A stretch of DNA of 64,000 nucleotides from an uncultured Gammaproteobacteria bacterium (lineage in GTDB: Bacteria; Patescibacteriota; Microgenomatia; CAYGWK01), in NCBI GenBank assembly GCA_964353785.1, contig CAYGWK010000001.1:26982-90981 (forward strand), in the 5' to 3' direction. Positions 9,285-17,962 of this stretch are shown in pieces; within the stretch, counting starts at the first letter, position 1, and each line of letters begins with the position of its first letter. The notes below the pieces were generated by a model that ran no database searches, was not told where the DNA came from, and worked only from the letters and a program-made list of their open reading frames with translations. The position numbers and the translations under genes are program-made.

Positions 9285-11026
9285 GGTACTGGTCCGGTGC
9301 CTCGCAAAAATATTGCTTGCCAGGGCTGATAGTTTGAATAAAAGGTCCGTTCCTGTAAAACCTCGCCACCTCTTTCAACTTTCCAGTCAAAAGCGACCTT
9401 GGCTCCCCAGGCTTTCCAGTCTATTTGTTTAATTTGGCCAGAAGGCAGGGTTGGATCATCTTGATATAAATCAGGCGGTGGAGGAACCTGGTCCCAAACT
9501 CGGGATTTGCCAATTAAAGATACCCTTCCGTCCGAGGTTCCATAAAGTTCAAAAACTAATTTTTTATTTTTGGTATCAACCAAAGTTTGAATCAAAATAT
9601 AGGCTGGAGTATCGTTTTTAAATTTCAAATCCGCAGTTGGGTCCCAAACCGTGGCATCCAAACCTGGAGAAAAACCCTGCTCATAATAAGATACCCTATA
9701 GGCATGGGGATGTCTTTCCTCCACAGGTAAACCAGCCGAAAGAACGGCCCGAAACAGGGTTGTTGAGACCTGACAAACTCCGCCGCCGTCGCCTAAAATT
9801 GTTCTTCCTTCGCGAATAACATAGGCTTCTTGATAGCCTGTAGCCTGAGAAACTTCGCCCAAGGAACGGTTGAAGGAAAAAGTCTCTCCAGAGGGAATTA
9901 AAATTCCATTCAATCTTGAAGAAGCCAAGGTAATATTATGGATTCTTGAGGTAATTGAGCCCCTGAAGAAAGATTCACCTTTGCCCAAAAGCTCCTTAAT
10001 ACCGAGGCTGTTGACATCTTGGGTTTTGACCTGGGGAGGAATTTTTGCAAAAGGAATAGAAAGAGTTTCTTTTTTTGCCCCTTCCTTTTCAATTTTTTCA
10101 AGAAGAGACAAAAGCCCGCTTTTTAATTTTTCTTCATCAATTTTTATTCCCTCTTTGGCAGGTTTAAAGATAACCACTTTTCCTTCAGAGAACTGAAAGG
10201 CAGCATTTTGAGGAGGGCGATTAAAAGTTGAAGAAAGGTTAGCCGCCACGCTTGCGATTTTCTCTTGGTCAAACCCGTCCCAGGGAGAAACAAGGTCAAT
10301 TAAATCTTTTTCCATTAAGGTTTGCGACTCTTCTTCAAGGACAAGTTCTATTTTTTTATCCAAAAACTTTTCCGCTCTCTCTTTGGTTTTTTCAAGTTCC
10401 GCTGGGGTGAGTTTTGGAGTGGTAAAAATAATTGGCAGGGAAATTGGCTCGCTTGAAAGTTGGACTAAGTTTAAGTTTACTTTTTCTCGAAGAAGTTTTA
10501 AGTCTGCCTCCTGGCCATCTTTTCCTGGGTCGATGATGATCTGTTTTCCAGAAAGAAGAATTTGGGGTTCAATAGCGGGAATAAAAATTGCCTGGGAAAT
10601 TTCTTCTAATTTTTGGCCTAGGGCAGACTGATTAAGACTATAACTTAAAGGGAGATTAATTTCTCCTTTCCAGGCATGCCATTTTTCTAAATAGGCACGG
10701 AAAGGATTTTTATTTCTGCCAACTGAATAAGCTGAATTTACATCTTTTTCGATATCATAAGATAATTCAAGTTCGGACAAAGAAATATTCCAGGTCTTGC
10801 CTGGAGCGCTAATTATAATTTCATTTGGTTTTTTGGCTTGAATCTCTTGGAAGAGAAAATTTTTGGCTTGGTTTTTGGTTTTGTTTCCCAAGTCTATTCC
10901 GGCGACGTTAACCCCTGGATAAATTCGGCCAAAATAGGCAAGATGATAGGCAAGAAGAACAACCAAAGTAAACCCGAGAGCAAAAATTGGGATTAGTTTA
11001 AAAAACTTCTTGAAACGAACTTCCAT
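9281..11026 (-). CDS. VanW/YoaR-family protein with peptidoglycan-binding repeats
   Basis: GETFSFN, GGGVCQVSTTLF and GLDAT motifs; likely ATG at 11026. Confidence 0.9.
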   Translation of the reverse strand: MEVRFKKFFKLIPIFALGFTLVVLLAYHLAYFGRIYPGVNVAGIDLGNKTKNQAKNFLFQEIQAKKPNEIIISAPGKTWNISLSELELSYDIEKDVNSAYSVGRNKNPFRAYLEKWHAWKGEINLPLSYSLNQSALGQKLEEISQAIFIPAIEPQILLSGKQIIIDPGKDGQEADLKLLREKVNLNLVQLSSEPISLPIIFTTPKLTPAELEKTKERAEKFLDKKIELVLEEESQTLMEKDLIDLVSPWDGFDQEKIASVAANLSSTFNRPPQNAAFQFSEGKVVIFKPAKEGIKIDEEKLKSGLLSLLEKIEKEGAKKETLSIPFAKIPPQVKTQDVNSLGIKELLGKGESFFRGSITSRIHNITLASSRLNGILIPSGETFSFNRSLGEVSQATGYQEAYVIREGRTILGDGGGVCQVSTTLFRAVLSAGLPVEERHPHAYRVSYYEQGFSPGLDATVWDPTADLKFKNDTPAYILIQTLVDTKNKKLVFELYGTSDGRVSLIGKSRVWDQVPPPPDLYQDDPTLPSGQIKQIDWKAWGAKVAFDWKVERGGEVLQERTFYSNYQPWQAIFLRGTGPVP

Positions 11027-11140
11027 TTTCCTGTATGATATACTCAATTAACTCGAATTTGCAATTCTCGTTAATTGATTATGAACCCAACATAGCTGTT
11101 TGTAATATGCAAATTGGAATATGTTGGGTATAGCATAAGA

Positions 11141-12595
11141 ATGGATCAACAAGAAGAAAATATTTCAGAACAAACTCTAGTTTCGGCTGAACCCACACCA
11201 GAGACTGTAGCCGTGCCACCGCCAGCCGAGACCCCACCGCCCCCACCTGCTGAAACTCAGGCAAAAACTTTTATTATGGAAGAAGAGGGAGGGGGGCTTT
11301 CGAAACTTAAAGGAATCCTGCCAGTAATACTGGTGCTTTTAGTTTTAGTAATCGGCGCTTTTGCTGTTTTTAAATTCGTCCTTCCGAAAATGGCCAAACC
11401 CAAAGAAGTAAGTTTGACTTATTGGGGGCTTTGGGAACCAGAAACGGTTATGTCTTCAGTAATTTCTGATTATCAAAAAACTCATCCAAATGTAAAAATA
11501 AATTATGTTTTTCAATCACCCAAAGATTATCGAGAAAGACTCGCCTCGGCTTTGGTTTCCGATAAAGGACCAGATATTTTTCGCTTTCATTCAAGTTGGG
11601 TACCAATGTTTAAAAATGACCTCTCGCCAATTCCGGCCAAAACTATGGATGCGGCTTCTTTTGAAGCAAGTTTTTATCCAGTGGCCAGACAAGATTTGCG
11701 GGTCGGTAATTCTTATGTTGGCATTCCTTTGGAAATTGATACCTTGGCGCTTTTTATAAATGAGGAGATTTTTGAGACGGCTGGCAAAACTCCACCGACC
11801 ACCTGGGATGAACTTAGAAAAACCGCCATTGAACTGACGACTAAAGATTCAGAAGGGAAAATCCAAATTTCTGGAGCGGCTTTGGGAAGAACGGAAAATG
11901 TTGACCACTGGTCAGATATTTTGGCTTTGATGATGCTTCAAAACGGAGCAGACCTAACAAACCCAACTGGAGCTTTAGCTGAAGATGCCCTGGCTTTTTT
12001 TAGTATTTTTTCCAAAATTGATGGAGTTTGGGACGAAACTCTACCTTCTTCAACTGCCGCTTTTGCTGGAGGAAAAGTGGCCATGTATTTTGGTTCTTCC
12101 TGGGAAGTTTTTGAAATCAAAAAAGCCAATCCCAATTTGCGGTTTCGGGTTTTACCAGTTCCTCAACTTGAGGGAACAAATATAACTTGGGCGAGTTACT
12201 GGGTTGAAGGAGTGGCGAAAAAGTCAAAATTCCAGGATGAGTCTTTTGAGTTTTTGAAATATCTTTCCGAAAGGGAAACCCTGCAGAAACTTTTTCAAGC
12301 GGAAAGCCAACTTCGGCTCTTTGGTGAGCCTTATTCCCGGGTTGATATGGCAAACCTTCTCTCTGACGATGATTTTGCCGGAGCCTTTATTAAGCAGGCG
12401 CCGGCGGCTCGGTCTTGGTATTTATGCTCGCGGACTTTTGATAATGGCCTAAATGATAAAATGATTAAATATTTTGAAGATGCGGTTAATAGCGTTAACG
12501 AGGGAAAAACCGCCAAAGAAGCTTTGGAGACAACTGCTTCCGGAGTCTCCCAAATTTTGGCTCAATACGGAATTTCTGCCTCTGTGGTAAGATAG
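11141..12595 (+). CDS. Extracellular solute-binding protein family 1 (sugar-binding type), membrane anchored
   Basis: TM helix, GPDIF, PPTTWDEL and FAGGKVAM; start at 11141 is inferred. Confidence 0.85.
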   Translation: MDQQEENISEQTLVSAEPTPETVAVPPPAETPPPPPAETQAKTFIMEEEGGGLSKLKGILPVILVLLVLVIGAFAVFKFVLPKMAKPKEVSLTYWGLWEPETVMSSVISDYQKTHPNVKINYVFQSPKDYRERLASALVSDKGPDIFRFHSSWVPMFKNDLSPIPAKTMDAASFEASFYPVARQDLRVGNSYVGIPLEIDTLALFINEEIFETAGKTPPTTWDELRKTAIELTTKDSEGKIQISGAALGRTENVDHWSDILALMMLQNGADLTNPTGALAEDALAFFSIFSKIDGVWDETLPSSTAAFAGGKVAMYFGSSWEVFEIKKANPNLRFRVLPVPQLEGTNITWASYWVEGVAKKSKFQDESFEFLKYLSERETLQKLFQAESQLRLFGEPYSRVDMANLLSDDDFAGAFIKQAPAARSWYLCSRTFDNGLNDKMIKYFEDAVNSVNEGKTAKEALETTASGVSQILAQYGISASVVR

Positions 12596-12620
12596 GTTTA
12601 CAGTGAGCGCAGTCGAACTG
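12596..12620 (+). repeat. REP-like palindrome GTTTA-CAGT-GAGCGCAGTCGA-ACTG
   Basis: Fills the whole intergenic gap; same GTTTAC lead and stem as the elements at 8786 and 45682-45729. Confidence 0.6.
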
Positions 12621-13267
12621 TGAAAAAAGAAATTCTTCAAACCTTATCTTATGCTGATGTTTTTGATTATCCTCTTTCAGTTTCGGAAGTCTGGAGATTT
12701 TTAATTAGTCAGAGAAAAACCAAAGTAAGGGATGTTCAAAAAGCCTTGGCACGGATGGGCACGGATTTGAAACTGATTAACACGGAAGGGGGTTTTTATT
12801 TTTTGCCAGGACGAAAGGAAATTATAGAAACCAGAAGAAAAAGAGAAAGGGAAAGTAGAAAAAAATTAGAGATTGCGGAAAAAGTTGCGGGAATTTTGCG
12901 GAAAATCCCCTGGGTAAAAATGATTGGAGTAACCGGCGCCTTAGCAATGGAAAATTCAAATAAAGAAGATGATATTGATTTGTTTATCATTACCTCAAAA
13001 AATCGTCTCTGGCTGACGCGCGGGCTGGTGGTAACCTTTTTACGCCTGACAGGTTTGTACCGTCGACCCGGTAAAATTAAAAACAAAATTTGCCCAAACA
13101 TGCTTCTAGATGAAGATCATTTTGAGGTTCCTAAAAATGAACAAGATTTGTTTTCTGCTCATGAGGTTTGCCAGTTAAAAGTAATTTGGGAGAGAGAGGG
13201 AATTTATCAAAAATTTTTAAAGGAGAACCAATGGTCCAAAAAATTTTTACCAAATTGGAAGCCTTAG
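12620..13267 (+). CDS. Nucleotidyltransferase-fold protein (possibly split, see 13291)
   Basis: GVTGALAM..DDIDLFII, a PolB-like NTase signature. Confidence 0.7.
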   Translation: MKKEILQTLSYADVFDYPLSVSEVWRFLISQRKTKVRDVQKALARMGTDLKLINTEGGFYFLPGRKEIIETRRKRERESRKKLEIAEKVAGILRKIPWVKMIGVTGALAMENSNKEDDIDLFIITSKNRLWLTRGLVVTFLRLTGLYRRPGKIKNKICPNMLLDEDHFEVPKNEQDLFSAHEVCQLKVIWEREGIYQKFLKENQWSKKFLPNWKP

Positions 13268-13290
13268 CCAGATGGCTGCAGTTAAAATAT

Positions 13291-13413
13291 ATGGCTTCTC
13301 GGAGAACAACCGAGATAGTTGAACCTGGCCGAATTCGTTTTCATCCAAAAGATGCAAGAGTTTGGGTTTTGAGAGAATATCAAAAACGATTAGATAAACT
13401 GGAAATTAAATAA
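13291..13413 (+). CDS. Small ORF or frameshifted C-terminus of the upstream NTase-like gene
   Basis: Open frame overlaps the upstream stop; its own stop overlaps the next ATG (TAATG). Confidence 0.45.
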   Translation: MASRRTTEIVEPGRIRFHPKDARVWVLREYQKRLDKLEIK

Positions 13414-13901
13414 TGGATATTTTATCTCACGCTCTTTGGGGAGCAACAATTGTTAGAGATAAAGAGCTTTTACCCTTAGTGATTGGGGCATCTGTTTTTC
13501 CAGATGTGGGTTGTTTGCCTGATGTCTTTGAGGTTCTGCGTGTCTATTACCAGGATTATAAAAGGGGAGTCAAAAGAAGCTTCAAAGAGCTTTTGACTGA
13601 CTGGAAGGAAATTCCCTCACGCGCCTCTGCTTTTGGTGTTTATTATTTTTTCCATAGCTTCTTTGTTTGGTTAGCACTTACTGGGGCTTTATTTTTGATA
13701 GCCAGAGATTATCTAGTAATTTCAATTTGCTATCTGCTTCATCTTTTAATTGATATTCCAACCCACCGAGAAGCAAGACCCTTCTTTCCTTTTTCTAAGT
13801 TTCATATTAAAGGAGTTTATTTTCTAGATGATTGGCGAGTTTTTCTTATTAACATTTTTCTTCTGGCTATTATTAACCTCATAATTGTTAATTTTACTTG
13901 A
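13413..13901 (+). CDS. Putative metal-binding inner-membrane hydrolase (YdjM-like)
   Basis: SHAL..FPD..FHS..HLLID.PTH motifs in hydrophobic segments. Confidence 0.65.
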   Translation: MDILSHALWGATIVRDKELLPLVIGASVFPDVGCLPDVFEVLRVYYQDYKRGVKRSFKELLTDWKEIPSRASAFGVYYFFHSFFVWLALTGALFLIARDYLVISICYLLHLLIDIPTHREARPFFPFSKFHIKGVYFLDDWRVFLINIFLLAIINLIIVNFT

Positions 13902-13997
13902 TTTTTAGCCTATATTGTGTTAATCTCCGCTTAGAAAATTCCAGTCTTTCTGGATTTAGGCTTTCAGAAAAGGCTGATTAAATATAGTTCTTTGACA
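13898..13997 (+). promoter_or_regulatory. Sigma70-like promoter with boxA-like element
   Basis: TTGATT-17-TAATCT with TGn extension; GTTCTTTGACA at 13987-13997. Confidence 0.5.
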
Positions 13998-14057
13998 TCG
14001 CTATTTCATTGCCGTTGCCAGCGGTTCTGGTAAAGAAGAAAAAAGGAGGAGGAAGAA

Positions 14058-14360
14058 GTGGAAGAGTGGTTAGGAGTTGGGGCGAGTCTGGTGGTTTGGG
14101 TAGCCATCTACTTCATTGTCATGTTCCTTTGGGTTCCGCGAATCCGTTGGACCAGACATATCAGGTTAAATGAACTGCTCATCCTCTTTGGACTACCGAT
14201 TCTTATAGGAATAGTCGCAGGCTGGGTTTCAGGCAATTGGGTTATAGGAGCGCTTTTCTTTCTGGTCCCGCCAGTTTCCTTAATAATTGTGGTCTTTCTG
14301 CTCCTCGCGGATTTAATCATTCGACCACCAGACGTCAAGAAACCGATCAAGTCGGGATAG
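14058..14360 (+). CDS. Small membrane protein (3 TM)
   Basis: GTG start after AGGAGGAGG; hydrophobic. Confidence 0.7.
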   Translation: MEEWLGVGASLVVWVAIYFIVMFLWVPRIRWTRHIRLNELLILFGLPILIGIVAGWVSGNWVIGALFFLVPPVSLIIVVFLLLADLIIRPPDVKKPIKSG

Positions 14361-14374
14361 AAAAGGAGGAAAGG

Positions 14375-14497
14375 ATGGACCGAGTTATTAGCGGGTTTAT
14401 ATACGTGATTGGTTTCTGCGCATCGGTTGAGCTTCTTTCTATCGTCTTGGGCATTCCAGTTCTCGTCTTGGTCGCCTTGACTAGCGGGATACATTAG
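14375..14497 (+). CDS. 40-aa hydrophobic peptide
   Basis: AAAAGGAGGAAAGG-ATG; MDRVISGFIYVIGFCASVELLSIVLGIPVLVLVALTSGIH. Confidence 0.6.
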   Translation: MDRVISGFIYVIGFCASVELLSIVLGIPVLVLVALTSGIH

Positions 14498-14510
14498 AAA
14501 AGGAGGAAAG

Positions 14511-14687
14511 ATGAGCCCAGAAGATGTAAGACTGCTAGCTCAGTTTGTCATAGCCCTGTTTGTTGGCCTTCTGCCCTCTCTCTGGATAGCAGGGACTCTA
14601 GTAAAGAGCGACGCCGATTATCTCGACCTTTATTACCTGGATCGGGAAAAATGGGAAGAGCAGCGGAGAAAACACTACGGAGGATGA
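14511..14687 (+). CDS. 58-aa single-TM peptide (not in the ORF track)
   Basis: AAAAGGAGGAAAG-ATG; MSPEDVRLLAQFVIALFVGLLPSLWIAG...KHYGG. Confidence 0.6.
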   Translation: MSPEDVRLLAQFVIALFVGLLPSLWIAGTLVKSDADYLDLYYLDREKWEEQRRKHYGG

Positions 14688-14793
14688 GATGAAATGGCGA
14701 TAACATTTAGGAAAAAAGGGACTACCTACAGGGGTTAATGACCTATGCAAGGGGTCTCTTTTAATATGGGAAAAAAATTGTTAAAATTGACCT

Positions 14794-17025
14794 ATGCCTC
14801 AAGAAAGTTTTGAAAAAGTAATTTTAGAACTTCGGTTGCCAAGAGAATCGGAGGAAACAACCGAGGCAATGGCGGCCTGTTTTTCCGCTCTGGCAAATAT
14901 TAAATCTTCATTTTTAGACCGACTTTTGGGCAAGGAAAAGCCTTTAATTTTTGAAATTGCTACTTATAATCAAATCATTCATTTTTATGCCGTTTTGCCT
15001 TTAGAGTATCAAACCTATTTTGAAAGCCAACTTTCCGCTCAATATCCTAAAGCAACCATTTTGGCTTCTCCTGATTATCTCCCTTCTTGGTTAACTTTAG
15101 GCCAGGCTTTGGTCTCTGGACAACTAAAATTAATTTCTCCATTTTATTTTCCCTTAAAAACTTATTTAGATTTTAAAGAGACTGACCCTTTATCCTCGAT
15201 TTTGGGAACTCTGGCTCGGGCCGAGAAAGAGGAGAAAGTCTTGGTTCAAATTGTTCTACTTCCGGCGGGCAAAGGTTGGCAAAGGGTTGGTTCTTCGGTT
15301 TTGCGAAAAGGAGTGACTCTTCCTGATGGAAAAATTTCCTCCCACCCTCAAGAAAAATTAATTGAGCAAAAGATTTCCCAACCAGGTTTTAGGGCGGCCA
15401 TCCGGCTTCTTGTTTGCTCACCGACGAAAGCCGCCAGCGCCTCTTTGCTTCGCCATCTGGCTGGTTCTTTTGGGGGAGTGGCTTTGGGTGAGGGAAATGC
15501 TTTTTCCTTGACAAAACCCTCTTTTTGGCAAGAGAAAAAATTTGAAAAATCAATATTTTTACGAAAACCTGGCTTTGTTCCTAAAAATCAAATCTTAAAT
15601 ACTCAAGAGCTGGCCACTATTTATCATTTACCAAGTATAACTTTGTCGGGAATTAAAAACATTGCCTGGGGAACAAAGCTAACTGGTGAGCCGCCAGACA
15701 ATTTACCAATTGCTATTGGTGCCACTGAAGAAGAAAAGCAAAAAATTAACTTTTTCGCCAGGACAGAGTTTAAAAATAAACTAATTACTTTTGGGATTAA
15801 AAAAGACGACCGCCGACGCCACATTTATATTATTGGTAAAACCGGCACCGGGAAAACAACCTTAATTGCCAATATGGCCATTAACGATATGCGAAATCGC
15901 GAAGGCTTGGCCGTGGTTGATCCTCATGGAGATTTATCAGAGATTTTATTAGATTTTATTCCTTCCCATCGTTTAAATGATGTTTGTTATCTTGATCCAT
16001 CTGACCGAGCCCATCCATTTTATTTAAATCCTTTAGAAGTTAAAGACCCAGAACACCGGGAACTGGTGGCCTCAGGAATTGTCGCCATTTTCTACAAACT
16101 TTATTCCTATTCCTGGGGACCGCGCTTAGAGTATATTTTGCGAAACGCGATTTTGACTTTACTTTCAAAGCCAGACTCAACTCTAGTTGAAGTTCCTGAA
16201 CTTTTAACCAATCGAGATTTTCGCCAAAAGGTAGTTGAGAAAATTGATGACCGGGTTTTGCGGAATTTTTGGACCAAAGAATTTGAGCAAATGTCAGAAA
16301 GACTGATGGCAGAAGCAATTTCGCCGATTTTAAATAAGGTTGGTCAGTTTGTCTCCTCTCCGATGATTCGGGGAATTATCGGTCATCCCCGCTCAACTGT
16401 AGATTTGGAAGAAATAATGAATGAAGGAAAAATTTTAATTGTTAATTTATCTCAAGGAAAGCTAGGGGAGGACAATGCCGCTCTTTTAGGAGCGATGTTT
16501 ATTACTAAAATGCAGCTGGCCTCCATGGGAAGGGTTAAAGTTCCGGAAGCCGAAAGGCGCGATTTTTATCTTTATGTTGACGAGTTTCAAAATTTTGCCA
16601 CTTCTTCGTTTATTAAAATTTTATCCGAAGCCCGAAAATACCGCTTAAATTTGGCTTTGGCAAACCAGTATATTGCCCAGGTGCCAGAAGAGGTCCAAAA
16701 AGCAATTTTTGGCAATACCGGAACCTTGCTTTCTTTTTTGGTTGGGGCTGAAGACAGTCAGATTCTTTCCCGAGAATTTGGTGGAGTTTATAAAGAAGAG
16801 GAATTGGTGGGCTTAGGGAACTATCAGATAATCTGTAAATTGGCCATTGAAAATTTAACCTCAAGACCATTTTATGCTTTTACTCTGCCTTTGCCCCGTT
16901 CGAAAAATCAAAATCGGGAAAAAGTTTTGCGTCTTTCTCAAGAAAGATACACTAAGCCCCTTGAAAAAGAGGCGCCTTTTATTCAGCCAAAATTTCAGCC
17001 AAGAGCGATTTTTGGAAGAAAATAG
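14794..17025 (+). CDS. VirB4/VirD4/HerA-like P-loop ATPase
   Basis: Walker A GKTGTGKT, DPHGD, Walker B LYVDEFQ, SEARKY. Confidence 0.9.
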   Translation: MPQESFEKVILELRLPRESEETTEAMAACFSALANIKSSFLDRLLGKEKPLIFEIATYNQIIHFYAVLPLEYQTYFESQLSAQYPKATILASPDYLPSWLTLGQALVSGQLKLISPFYFPLKTYLDFKETDPLSSILGTLARAEKEEKVLVQIVLLPAGKGWQRVGSSVLRKGVTLPDGKISSHPQEKLIEQKISQPGFRAAIRLLVCSPTKAASASLLRHLAGSFGGVALGEGNAFSLTKPSFWQEKKFEKSIFLRKPGFVPKNQILNTQELATIYHLPSITLSGIKNIAWGTKLTGEPPDNLPIAIGATEEEKQKINFFARTEFKNKLITFGIKKDDRRRHIYIIGKTGTGKTTLIANMAINDMRNREGLAVVDPHGDLSEILLDFIPSHRLNDVCYLDPSDRAHPFYLNPLEVKDPEHRELVASGIVAIFYKLYSYSWGPRLEYILRNAILTLLSKPDSTLVEVPELLTNRDFRQKVVEKIDDRVLRNFWTKEFEQMSERLMAEAISPILNKVGQFVSSPMIRGIIGHPRSTVDLEEIMNEGKILIVNLSQGKLGEDNAALLGAMFITKMQLASMGRVKVPEAERRDFYLYVDEFQNFATSSFIKILSEARKYRLNLALANQYIAQVPEEVQKAIFGNTGTLLSFLVGAEDSQILSREFGGVYKEEELVGLGNYQIICKLAIENLTSRPFYAFTLPLPRSKNQNREKVLRLSQERYTKPLEKEAPFIQPKFQPRAIFGRK

Positions 17026-17039
17026 TTTTTACCACGAGA

Positions 17040-17133
17040 GAGGCGCCGGTTCGATGAGAGAAAATGTAAGTTGTGGGAAATTCCCCAAGGCACTGAGCCA
17101 CAACCTATTTTTTTTGGCGAAATCCGGCGCCCC
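17040..17133. other. Long two-stem hairpin between convergent transcription units
   Basis: GAGGCGCCGGTTCG / CGAAATCCGGCGCCCC outer stem and GTTGTGG / CCACAAC inner stem. Confidence 0.6.
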
Positions 17134-17143
17134 AAGCAAGATA

Positions 17144-17314
17144 TTAGTCTTCCGATTGAATGGTTACCTCATAGCAACGTGGTTTACCATTTTCCTTTCC
17201 AGGAGGTAGTACTGGTTGATGGTGGATAGTGTTGGTAGGCCGTTGATTGCTACTTGGACGATTCCGTTTTTTGCCTTTATCCTTGCCGGTTTGGTTTCTT
17301 GTCTGAGCCCGCAA
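17144..17314 (-). CDS. 56-aa basic, polar peptide (TTG start)
   Basis: GAAAGGAGGAAAAGGA-TTG; MRAQTRNQTGKDKGKKRN...TIQSED. Confidence 0.4.
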   Translation of the reverse strand: MRAQTRNQTGKDKGKKRNRPSSNQRPTNTIHHQPVLPPGKENGKPRCYEVTIQSED

Positions 17315-17432
17315 TCCTTTTCCTCCTTTCGGATTTACAGTGCTTACAGTGGTTATTTGGGTCAGGTTCTAGGTAAGGACAATAGATTTTCCTTATCTTA
17401 CACCAGCCATGACTCCAACCTCTGCGACTCAA
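17277..17432 (-). CDS. 51-aa Cys-rich, putative Zn-binding peptide (TTG start)
   Basis: AAAGGAGGT SD; MSRRGWSHGWCKIRKIYCPYLEPDPNNHCKHCKSERRKR... Confidence 0.55.
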   Translation of the reverse strand: MSRRGWSHGWCKIRKIYCPYLEPDPNNHCKHCKSERRKRIAGSDKKPNRQG

Positions 17433-17486
17433 GACGCCACCTCCTTTCCGGAAGACTTTTTATATTTTTCTCTTAAAAAAATAAAA

Positions 17487-17578
17487 CCCGCTGCATTCTG
17501 CGGGAGAATTCATTTAAGGAAATTATTGTTCTTGAAAAGAACTGAAAAGACTATACAAAAGTCAAAGCCAAATGTCAA
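17487..17578 (-). promoter_or_regulatory. Promoter, boxA-like motif and leader terminator-like hairpin
   Basis: TTGACA(17578-73)-17-TATAGT(17555-50); AGTTCTTTTCAA; CCCGC/GCGGG hairpin followed by a T-tract. Confidence 0.55.
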
Positions 17579-17601
17579 CTCGGCGTCCCGCTTTGCAGGA
17601 C

Positions 17602-17655
17602 TTGACAAGTAAAAAAAATTCTTCTAAAATAGCACTTGCTTGGTAAGATTGCCAA
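17602..17655 (+). promoter_or_regulatory. groESL promoter and CIRCE operator
   Basis: TTGACA-17-TAAAAT; ATAGCACTT-N9-GATTGCCAA at 17629-17655 versus consensus TTAGCACTC-N9-GAGTGCTAA. Confidence 0.85.
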
Positions 17656-17663
17656 GTTTTTAG

Positions 17664-17960
17664 ATGAAAAAACTTAAGCTTAAACCAACAGCCGGATATA
17701 TTTTAATTGAACCAGTTGAGGCGGAGAGAAAAACTCCTTCAGGGATTGTTTTGCCGGAAACTCATGAGGAAAAACCCCAAAGAGGAAAAGTTTTGGCAGT
17801 TGGCGCAGAGGAAATAACTGATTCTGGACAAAAAAGAATCGCTCCTTGCAAAACTGGCGACTATGTTATCTACAAACAATGGGGCGGAAATGAAGTCAAA
17901 ATTGAAGGTAAAGAATATTTATTTGTGAAATTTGAAGACATACTCGCGGTAGAAGCATAA
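17664..17960 (+). CDS. groES: Co-chaperonin GroES
   Basis: TPSGIVLP and GKVLAVG motifs; upstream of groEL. Confidence 0.97.
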   Translation: MKKLKLKPTAGYILIEPVEAERKTPSGIVLPETHEEKPQRGKVLAVGAEEITDSGQKRIAPCKTGDYVIYKQWGGNEVKIEGKEYLFVKFEDILAVEA

Positions 17961-17962
17961 CT

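Noticed and set aside
14794-17025. Conjugative element or ICE
   Set aside because: No relaxase, integrase or other T4SS genes nearby; such stand-alone ATPases are common chromosomal genes in CPR.
17216-17476. 86-aa plus-strand ORF behind AGGAGG at 17201
   Set aside because: Not excluded, but the minus strand has a consensus promoter and two stronger SD-start pairs over the same interval.
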